51,702 nt of DNA from the NCBI GenBank assembly GCA_964561095.1, contig CAZLNV010000001.1, positions 1 to 51,702 of the forward strand, read 5' to 3'. Below, one piece after another: positions 17,803-25,134 of this stretch; positions within the stretch are counted from its first letter, which is position 1, and every line of letters starts with the position of its first letter. Source of the stretch: an uncultured Muribaculaceae bacterium (lineage in GTDB: Bacteria; Bacillota_I; Bacilli_A; RF39; UBA660). A program made the position numbers and the translations under genes. Below the pieces are notes generated by a model that was given only the letters and a program-made list of their open reading frames with translations, was not told where the DNA came from and made no database searches.

Positions 17803-17817
17803 AATCTATCATTTTTT
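17793..17817 (+). terminator. Rho-independent terminator of the Clp-D1-like gene
   Basis: tgatagat-aga-atctatca followed by a T6 run, overlapping the stop codon. Confidence 0.7.
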
Positions 17818-17993
17818 ATTAGATAAATAAAAATTTTATTATTTTATATAAGATTGAATTTTGCAGATAGTTTAGTAAGTTTAAAATTTAATATTTGGTC
17901 TTATCAGAAATTTAATTTTATATGACTAAAATTAAATTTTACTCATTTGCGACCATTTTTAGAGTGTGTTAATATGCTTTAAAAGGAGAAATT

Positions 17994-18863
17994 ATGAGCA
18001 AAGTTTTAGAAGTTAAAAATCTAACAAAAGTTATTGGAAAAAAGAAAATATTGGATGACATTACATTTGATTTAGAAGAAGGCAAAATTCTTGGAATTAT
18101 TGGTAGAAATGGTGCTGGAAAGTCAATGCTATTAAAAACAATTGTTGGATTGTGTCATTTTACTAATGGGACTATTAAACTAAATGGATATGATATTAGT
18201 AAAGAGTATGAAAATGCAATAAGAAGTGTTTGGTGTGTTATAGAAGTTCCTGCAATGTACGAAAACTTAAGTGGTAAAGAAAATTTAGAAATTTTTAGAA
18301 TGATGTTTAAAAATGTTTCTGATAAAAAAATTCATGAAATAATTAAATTGGTTTCTCTAGAAGATAGTCAATATAAAAAATTAAAAATTTATTCGCTTGG
18401 TATGAGGCAAAAGCTTGGTATTGCGGTGGCACTTATTAACAATCCAAAATTATTGATACTCGATGAACCAACCAGCAGTTTAGATTCCATTGATATATTA
18501 GACTTGAAAAAATTTTTAAAATCTTTAAAAAAAACAAGCGTAATTATATCTTCTAATATGTTAAATCAAATAGAGTCAGTTTGTGATGAAGTTATATTTA
18601 TGAATGAAGGAAAAATTATTAATAGAAAAGAAATTAGTAAAATAAAAAAGTGTAAATTCTCTGTAGATGATGGAGAAAAAGCAAAAAAAATATTATCAAA
18701 TTGCAATTTTAATACTGAATTAGAAGTGAGTAAGGATGAAGTTTCTATCATAAATAAAATATTAGTAAAAAATAATGTAAAAGTATTTAAAATAAGTGAA
18801 GATACATGCAACTATAATTTAGAAAAAGAATTTTTATCTTTACTAGAGGATGAATGTGAGTAA
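17994..18863 (+). CDS. ABC transporter ATP-binding protein (ABC-2 exporter type)
   Basis: Walker A GRNGAGKS, signature SLGMRQKL, Walker B LLILDEPTSSLD. Confidence 0.88.
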   Translation: MSKVLEVKNLTKVIGKKKILDDITFDLEEGKILGIIGRNGAGKSMLLKTIVGLCHFTNGTIKLNGYDISKEYENAIRSVWCVIEVPAMYENLSGKENLEIFRMMFKNVSDKKIHEIIKLVSLEDSQYKKLKIYSLGMRQKLGIAVALINNPKLLILDEPTSSLDSIDILDLKKFLKSLKKTSVIISSNMLNQIESVCDEVIFMNEGKIINRKEISKIKKCKFSVDDGEKAKKILSNCNFNTELEVSKDEVSIINKILVKNNVKVFKISEDTCNYNLEKEFLSLLEDECE

Positions 18864-19779
18864 ATTAATAAATTTAGAATTAACTAAATTATTTAAAAGT
18901 AATGGAATCAAAGTGCTATTTATTATTTTAGCTGCTACATGTTTCTTTACAATTTACTTTTCAAATAAAAAAGAAAATTATACTATTAATAGTTATAATT
19001 TAGTTGAAGATGCTACCGAAAAATCAAAAATCTATAACGACAAAGTCAATGATTACATTAAAATTTATAATTATTATAAAGAAAATAATTTTGACATGAA
19101 TTTAAAAATAAAAGGAATTATTGATACTGGTATAAATGTAATTATATTTTTATCAATTGCAGTCATTATTATATCTTCATCAAGTATAAATGAAGATATA
19201 AATAGAGAAAATATTAAAGAGTTATTAACAAAGCCACATAAAAGATGGAAAATATTACTATCTAAAACAATAAGCGTTTTTATAATTATTTTCTTACTAT
19301 CTATGTTTACATATGCGTCGTATACATTATTTGTAAGCATAATAACCAACACTAATATATTTTATATTAAAGAAATAATTATACGAAACGGCAATATAAA
19401 AATAAGTTACTATTATTTAACATTTTTAAAAGAAATATTCATAAATTCAATACCATTATATTTTATTAGTATAATGACCATATTCTTATCCCTTATTATA
19501 AATAATTCTAAGGTGGTAAATGCAATTATGATATCTATAGTATTAATGAGTACTTTAATATTTCAATTCTTATTAAGTATTAATTTAAATTTAATAGAAT
19601 ATACATTTTTACCTTATTTAGATTTAACTATATATAAAGATATTTATAATTTGTATTTAATAAATATAAGGTATGATATTAATTTATCTATAAAAAAAGG
19701 AATAATAATCCTTTGCATTTATTTAATAATCTTTAATTTAGGAAGTATATTCTTATTCAATAAAAAAGATATTATGTAA
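18850..19779 (+). CDS. ABC-2 type transporter permease
   Basis: Overlaps the ATPase stop. It has one N-terminal TM, a large loop, then about 5 TM helices, the typical ABC-2 topology. The GTG at 18856 is an alternative start. Confidence 0.55.
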   Translation: MNVSKLINLELTKLFKSNGIKVLFIILAATCFFTIYFSNKKENYTINSYNLVEDATEKSKIYNDKVNDYIKIYNYYKENNFDMNLKIKGIIDTGINVIIFLSIAVIIISSSSINEDINRENIKELLTKPHKRWKILLSKTISVFIIIFLLSMFTYASYTLFVSIITNTNIFYIKEIIIRNGNIKISYYYLTFLKEIFINSIPLYFISIMTIFLSLIINNSKVVNAIMISIVLMSTLIFQFLLSINLNLIEYTFLPYLDLTIYKDIYNLYLINIRYDINLSIKKGIIILCIYLIIFNLGSIFLFNKKDIM

Positions 19780-19783
19780 ATAT

Positions 19784-20692
19784 CTATTTTAAAAATCCTT
19801 CTAGTATTTTTGTTTCGGCTTGGCTTTCATCTAAACCAAGTGTCATTAATTTTTTAATTTGATCACTTGCTATTTTACCTATTATTGCTTCGTGAGACAT
19901 CTCTGCTTCGGAAGAGAGTGCAACGATTTCTGGGGTAGAACTAACCTTAGCCTTATCCATTATGATTGCATCGCATGAAACATGTGCAAAACATTTAGTG
20001 TCTCCTTCTGTTTTTGAATAAAATCTTTGACTAGAATTTTTTCTGGCTACTGATTTTGATGATATATCGGCACTACTATTTTTACCTTGTAATTTAATAT
20101 TAAATCTGGTTTCTATAGATTCATTATTATCAGACATAAGGGTTTCTTTAATATTTAAAGAACTGTTATTATTTAATACAGCTTCTGTGCTACGCACTGA
20201 ATTATCAATTCCGCTTATTTGTGCGGTTTCCATATCAAATGATGTATTTTCATTTTGATTAATAACAGTTGTTGTGTTTATATATTTATTATTTTCCATC
20301 TTACCTTCAGCATAATGTTTCTCAATATATTTAACACTAGAACCTTTTTCAATATGAAAAGTATGTATGCCATTATGAGTTGATTTTGTTTCACAATCAT
20401 TATGGATGCCACACCCTGCAACTATTGTTACATTACAATTTTTCCCAATGTAAAAGTCATTGTATACTGTTTCTTCATAATTGGTCGTGTCAATAATAAC
20501 TGGGATGTGAACAAATTCATCAATTGTATTATCAGCAATATAAATATCAATTCCTTGTTTATCTTTTTTTGAATTTATTTTAATATTATCTGTTTCAAAT
20601 CTACTTATAGATTCACCATTAGCTCTGATGTTGTGCGCTACATCAGAATTAATTTCATAATCAGTAATTTTATTCAGCAAATCTTTATTCAT
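19784..20692 (-). CDS. SufB/SufD-family Fe-S cluster assembly protein, short form
   Basis: Beta-helix-like repeats and the C-terminal motif SHEAIIGKIASDQIKKLMTLGLDESQAETKILEGFL, typical of SufB/SufD. The start is moved to MNKDLL behind an AGGTG RBS. It overlaps the sufC stop. Confidence 0.78.
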   Translation of the reverse strand: MNKDLLNKITDYEINSDVAHNIRANGESISRFETDNIKINSKKDKQGIDIYIADNTIDEFVHIPVIIDTTNYEETVYNDFYIGKNCNVTIVAGCGIHNDCETKSTHNGIHTFHIEKGSSVKYIEKHYAEGKMENNKYINTTTVINQNENTSFDMETAQISGIDNSVRSTEAVLNNNSSLNIKETLMSDNNESIETRFNIKLQGKNSSADISSKSVARKNSSQRFYSKTEGDTKCFAHVSCDAIIMDKAKVSSTPEIVALSSEAEMSHEAIIGKIASDQIKKLMTLGLDESQAETKILEGFLK

Positions 20693-21398
20693 TATTAACA
20701 CACCTACAATCTTTGCATTTATTAGATTTAATTTTTTTTATAATTTGTCTTCTTTTCCCATACATTTTAATAATTCCATTATCTAATATTAAAATGTTAT
20801 CAGCAATATTTAATATTTTTTCTTGATGTGAAACTATAATCATACTTAAGCTATTCTTAGATTTAATAGCATTAATAGTGTGAACTAAGCTATCAAAACT
20901 CCATAAATCGATTCCAGCTTCTGGTTCATCTAACATTAAAAATTTACCTTTTTTGATTAATGCAGTAGCAAGTTCAATTCTTTTGAGTTCTCCACCTGAT
21001 AAAGAAGAATTAATTTCTCTATCAATATATTCTCTTGCACATAAACCAACTCCACCTAAGCATTCTTTCATTTCCATATAGGTTGGGTAATCTTTATTAG
21101 CAATTAAAAGTAAATCAAAAACAGAAATACCCTTAAAAGTAATAGGCGTTTGAAAAGTAAAAGTCAAGCCTAAATCAGCTCTTTCATTAATTTTTAAATT
21201 TGTAATATCTTTTCCATCAAGAAGTATTTTTCCACTTGTAGGTTTGATTAATCCCATAATTATTTTTAATAAAGTAGATTTACCACTACCATTAGTACCA
21301 GTTATAACTAGTGTTTCCTTTGTACTGACATTAAAATTTATCTTATTTAATATAACTTTATCTTTTATAATGTAACTAATATCTATTAATTCTAACAT
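20685..21398 (-). CDS. sufC: SufC-like Fe-S assembly ATPase
   Basis: Walker A GTNGSGKST, signature LSGGELKR, Walker B FLMLDEPEAGID. Its position upstream of sufBD supports the call. The C-terminal tail is CKDCRC. Confidence 0.82.
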   Translation of the reverse strand: MLELIDISYIIKDKVILNKINFNVSTKETLVITGTNGSGKSTLLKIIMGLIKPTSGKILLDGKDITNLKINERADLGLTFTFQTPITFKGISVFDLLLIANKDYPTYMEMKECLGGVGLCAREYIDREINSSLSGGELKRIELATALIKKGKFLMLDEPEAGIDLWSFDSLVHTINAIKSKNSLSMIIVSHQEKILNIADNILILDNGIIKMYGKRRQIIKKIKSNKCKDCRCVNNE

Positions 21399-21457
21399 AT
21401 AATTCACCTTTTCATTTGTTATTATATAATTATTTTTATAATTTATAAAGGGTTTAT

Positions 21458-21487
21458 TATAAAAACTCTAATGTTACCATTAGAGTT
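21458..21487 (-). terminator. Terminator of the cotJ operon
   Basis: aactctaatg-ttac-cattagagtt, a 10-bp stem followed by a T-rich run on the minus strand. Confidence 0.6.
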
Positions 21488-21493
21488 TTGTTA

Positions 21494-22063
21494 CTAATTA
21501 TTTTTATTATTATAAGATTTTTTGTATTCGTCATGAAGCTCTTTAAATCTGTGGAAGTGAACAACTTCTCTTTGTCTCAAAAAACTAAGCGGCGCTAAAA
21601 TATCTTCATCTTTTGTCAAATCCATCAAATTTTCATATGTCGCTCTTGCTTTTTCTTCGGCTGCCATATCTTCTTGTAAGTCAACTATTGGATCTCCAGT
21701 TGATTGGATATAAGCTGCAGTAAATGGAATTCCATTTTGATCCATTGGAAATATTCCCTTTTTATGAGATACGTACCAACCACTCAAACCAGCGTCTTTT
21801 AATTCTTCAATTGAAGCACTACTAATTAATTGCTCAATCATAGTGCTAATCATTTCTACATGGCCTAATTCTTCAGTACCTATATCTGACAATAATGCTT
21901 TTCCTTTGTCATCTGGCATTGTAAATCTTTGAGACAAGTATCTTAAAGAAGCACCAAGTTCTCCATCAGATCCGCCCAACTGAGCTGAAAGAAGTTTTGC
22001 CATTTTTAAATCTTTTTTTCTAATGTTAATAGGATATTCTAACATTTTTTCATATTTAAACAT
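21494..22063 (-). CDS. cotJC: Spore coat protein CotJC (manganese-catalase family)
   Basis: Ferritin-like/Mn-catalase motifs (GELGASLRYLSQ, EELGHVEM, EVVHFHRF). The start overlaps the stop of the CotJB-containing ORF. A GGGGG RBS is present. Confidence 0.88.
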   Translation of the reverse strand: MFKYEKMLEYPINIRKKDLKMAKLLSAQLGGSDGELGASLRYLSQRFTMPDDKGKALLSDIGTEELGHVEMISTMIEQLISSASIEELKDAGLSGWYVSHKKGIFPMDQNGIPFTAAYIQSTGDPIVDLQEDMAAEEKARATYENLMDLTKDEDILAPLSFLRQREVVHFHRFKELHDEYKKSYNNKNN

Positions 22064-22559
22064 AAGAACCCCCTTTGTTATCCCATGGCCAAGGACTATT
22101 TACCCAATCAAAATAGTTTTTATTAACGTTATGTGCTGATAAAGCGGAATATTCTTTATCATATAGTTCCTTTAATTTTTTTAACTCTACATTGTAAGAC
22201 TTGAATGTATCCAAAGTTTTAGTGTTGTTAGGATATAAATCTAAATACAAATTTAAATCTTTACATGCAAAAGTTAATTCTTGAATTTTTAAAAGTAATT
22301 CTTCTCTTTTTCCTTTAACAACTACTTTATACATATAATTTTTATAGGGATCATATAAATTTTTAAACATATTTCCTTTATTTAATCCTTCTTCCGGTGT
22401 AAATAAAGAAACATCTCTATAATTATTATAATTTACATTAACATTATTAAATTTTATTTCATTATACATATCATAATTCTTAGAATTATCAAAATTTATA
22501 TGTTCTTTATTTATTTCATTATTATATTCAAAGTAATTGTTACTTTCGTCATAATACAT
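22056..22559 (-). CDS. cotJB: Fused CotJA-CotJB spore coat-associated protein
   Basis: The N-terminal part carries the CotJA-like motif FTPEEGLNKGNMFKNLYDPYKNY. The C-terminal part is collinear with CotJB (LLLKIQELTFACKDLNLYLDLYPNN...SPWPWDN). It is a single 167-codon ORF. Confidence 0.72.
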   Translation of the reverse strand: MYYDESNNYFEYNNEINKEHINFDNSKNYDMYNEIKFNNVNVNYNNYRDVSLFTPEEGLNKGNMFKNLYDPYKNYMYKVVVKGKREELLLKIQELTFACKDLNLYLDLYPNNTKTLDTFKSYNVELKKLKELYDKEYSALSAHNVNKNYFDWVNSPWPWDNKGGSYV

Positions 22560-22577
22560 TTTACCCTCCTCTAGATT

Positions 22578-22585
22578 ATTGTATG
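22578..22585 (-). promoter_or_regulatory. Sigma-E-like -10 element upstream of the cotJ operon
   Basis: The minus strand reads CATACAAT (sigma-E -10 consensus CATACA-T) about 18 nt upstream of the cotJAB ATG. I could not define a convincing -35 element. Confidence 0.3.
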
Positions 22586-22698
22586 AGGTATAAAAGTTTA
22601 AGTATAGTTAAATGACTAAACAAAAAATGTCAAATTTTACAAAAGGTATTGTATTAAATTATAAGCATTTGATACAATGAATTTAAGGTGATTAAAAA

Positions 22699-23148
22699 AT
22701 GTATAAAATAACAACTTCTTCAGAAGAAGAAACTATTGAATTAGCGGAAAATATTGAGTCAGAAAGATTTCCAAATATGGTTATCTGCTTAGAAGGAGAC
22801 CTAGGTAGCGGTAAAACTTTATTTACAAAAGGATTTGCTTCATCTATGGGAATAAAAGAAAATATTACTTCTCCAACTTTTAATATAATCAAAGAATATC
22901 AAGGAGAAGAATGCAAACTATATCACATGGATGTATATAGATTATCTGATGTAAAAGAAGATTTAGGAATAGAAGACTATTTTAAGAAAAAAGGTGTTAC
23001 CATAATAGAGTGGTCTGATCTGATACCTGAATTGCTTCCTAAAAATAGGTTAACGATTAAAATTAAGGTTATAGATGAAAATACTAGGGTGTTTTTAATA
23101 GAACCAAGTGGCGAAAAATATGTAGACTTGTGTGAGAGGGCTTTATAA
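22699..23148 (+). CDS. tsaE: tRNA t6A37 biosynthesis ATPase TsaE
   Basis: P-loop GDLGSGKT with SPTFNI and LYHMDVYRL motifs, 149 aa. Confidence 0.88.
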   Translation: MYKITTSSEEETIELAENIESERFPNMVICLEGDLGSGKTLFTKGFASSMGIKENITSPTFNIIKEYQGEECKLYHMDVYRLSDVKEDLGIEDYFKKKGVTIIEWSDLIPELLPKNRLTIKIKVIDENTRVFLIEPSGEKYVDLCERAL

Positions 23149-23170
23149 AAGTGCATTTATGCACTTTTTT
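23148..23170 (+). terminator. Hairpin plus T-run between tsaE and tsaB
   Basis: aaagtgcat-tt-atgcacttt followed by a T run. Confidence 0.5.
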
Positions 23171-23191
23171 ACTGATTTTATAGAGGCTTTG

Positions 23192-23200
23192 TGATATAAT
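23192..23200 (+). promoter_or_regulatory. Extended -10 promoter element in front of tsaB
   Basis: TGaTATAAT, 25 nt upstream of the tsaB ATG. Confidence 0.45.
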
Positions 23201-23224
23201 ACATATGAAAAAAAGGTGAAAAGT

Positions 23225-23755
23225 ATGTATACATTATTTTTAGATACGCATGACAAATTAGTAACAATTGCTTTTTTAGATGGTAATAATTTATTTACTA
23301 ATACTGTGGAAAGTGAATCACATTCTGTTCATTTTTTACCGTTGCTTGATAAAATGATGAATGAAAGAAAGATAGAGTTTACTGACATTAAAAATATAGT
23401 TGTAATAAATGGCCCTGGCAGTTTTACAGGAGTAAGAATAGGACTTACAGTTGCTAAAACTATAGCTTATTCTATGAATATTCCAATTTATGCGATAAGT
23501 AGTTTAAAAGCTTATTTAGTTTCAAGCGATATGGATGCAAATAAAATTTCTGTAATAGAAGACTCTAAAGGTTTTTATGTTGGCATGATTGATAATGAAA
23601 TTTATACAGATTCATTAAATAATTATAAAAATAAAACTATTGTAAAAAATGAGTTGGATATTAAAAAAGTAGTTGATTACGCATTGAAAAGTCAGCCAAG
23701 TAATGTTCATGGTATTAAAGCTAACTATGTTAAGGTTATAGAGGCATTAAAATGA
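23225..23755 (+). CDS. tsaB: tRNA t6A37 biosynthesis protein TsaB
   Basis: GPGSFTGVRIGLTVAKTIA motif. The start is moved to the ATG behind an AAGGTG RBS. The stop overlaps the next ORF (ATGA). Confidence 0.85.
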   Translation: MYTLFLDTHDKLVTIAFLDGNNLFTNTVESESHSVHFLPLLDKMMNERKIEFTDIKNIVVINGPGSFTGVRIGLTVAKTIAYSMNIPIYAISSLKAYLVSSDMDANKISVIEDSKGFYVGMIDNEIYTDSLNNYKNKTIVKNELDIKKVVDYALKSQPSNVHGIKANYVKVIEALK

Positions 23756-25071
23756 TAGAAATAGAAAAATTAAATGAATATGATATAAAATATTTTATAG
23801 TTGGTATTGGTTATGTTATTGTAAGAAATTTATATGAACATACAGATATAACAGACGTATTTATTGAAGAAGAAAAAAGAAGACAAGGTTATGCTAAAAA
23901 AATATTAAGTTATATAATTAATTTATATAAAGGTTCTAAAATAATGTTAGAAGTTAACATTGAGAATGTGCCAGCTATTAAATTATATGAATCTTTAGGA
24001 TTTAAAAAAATAAGTGAAAGAAAGAATTATTATAAAGATAAAACTGCTTTAATTATGGAATATAAAAAAGATATTTATATTTTAGCTATTGAATCATCTT
24101 GCGATGAAACGAGCGTTAGCGTAGTAAAAAATGGAAATGAAGATATCGCAACTATTATTAATTCTCAAATAGATATTCATAAAAATTATGGTGGTGTTGT
24201 ACCGGAAATTGCTTCTCGTAAGCATATGGAAAACATTACTATAGTGCTTAGCGAATGTTTAGAGAAAGCCAATATGAAATTTGAAGATATGGATGCTTTT
24301 GCTTGTACATATGCTCCTGGTCTTACTGGAAGTCTTCTTGTAGGGTTGGAATGCACTAAAACTTTGTCTATGATTTATAAAAAGCCATTTATTAAAGTAA
24401 ATCATATGCTAGGTCATATATCCGCCAATAAAATTAATAATGAATTAAAATATCCATTAATTTCTCTTATCATAAGTGGTGGACATACAGATTTGATTTT
24501 AATGAGTGATGAAAATAAAGCAAAATATTTAGGACAAACTTTGGATGATGCAATAGGTGAAGCATTTGATAAAGTTGCAAAAATATTGGGGTTAGAATAT
24601 CCTGGAGGTCCTAACGTAGAAAGACTAGCAAAGCAAGGAAAAGATAATTACAACATGCCTATTATTTTAAATGATGAATCGTATAATTTTAGCTTTAGTG
24701 GAATAAAAAGTCATATCAGTAATTTAGTTCATAATGAAAATCAAAGACATAATGAGGTAAATAAAGAAGATTTATGCTGCTCATTTCAGAATGCTGTAAC
24801 AAATTTATTGGTTACTAAAACTAAAAAAGCTTTACTAGATAATAATATAAAATATTTATTAATATCTGGCGGAGTAGCAAGTAATTCCTTTATAAGGGAA
24901 GCATTAACTAAAATGTGTGAAGATAATAATATTAAAATACACATTCCAGAAAAGAAGTATTGTACTGATAATGCAACTATGATAGGTGCTGCTGCTTATT
25001 CTTTGTTTTTAAAAAATGATTTTGCTTCTCTAGACACAAATGTTAAATCAAATGAAAATATTCAAATATAA
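23752..25071 (+). CDS. tsaD: Fusion of a short RimI-like GNAT acetyltransferase module and tRNA N6-adenosine threonylcarbamoyltransferase TsaD
   Basis: Residues 1-105 form a GNAT core (EEEKRRQGYAKKIL, AIKLYESLGFKKI). From about residue 108 the sequence is full-length TsaD (ILAIESSCDETSVSVV, HMLGHI, ISGGHT, GGVASN). There is no stop codon between the two parts. Confidence 0.88.
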   Translation: MIEIEKLNEYDIKYFIVGIGYVIVRNLYEHTDITDVFIEEEKRRQGYAKKILSYIINLYKGSKIMLEVNIENVPAIKLYESLGFKKISERKNYYKDKTALIMEYKKDIYILAIESSCDETSVSVVKNGNEDIATIINSQIDIHKNYGGVVPEIASRKHMENITIVLSECLEKANMKFEDMDAFACTYAPGLTGSLLVGLECTKTLSMIYKKPFIKVNHMLGHISANKINNELKYPLISLIISGGHTDLILMSDENKAKYLGQTLDDAIGEAFDKVAKILGLEYPGGPNVERLAKQGKDNYNMPIILNDESYNFSFSGIKSHISNLVHNENQRHNEVNKEDLCCSFQNAVTNLLVTKTKKALLDNNIKYLLISGGVASNSFIREALTKMCEDNNIKIHIPEKKYCTDNATMIGAAAYSLFLKNDFASLDTNVKSNENIQI

Positions 25072-25096
25072 AAGGATTGAAAAAACAATCCTTTTA
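25072..25096 (+). terminator. Rho-independent terminator of tsaD
   Basis: aaggattg-aaaaaa-caatcctt followed by a T run. Confidence 0.7.
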
Positions 25097-25134
25097 TTAT
25101 ATAATTTAAATATAATGGCAAAGTGAAGGTAGGA

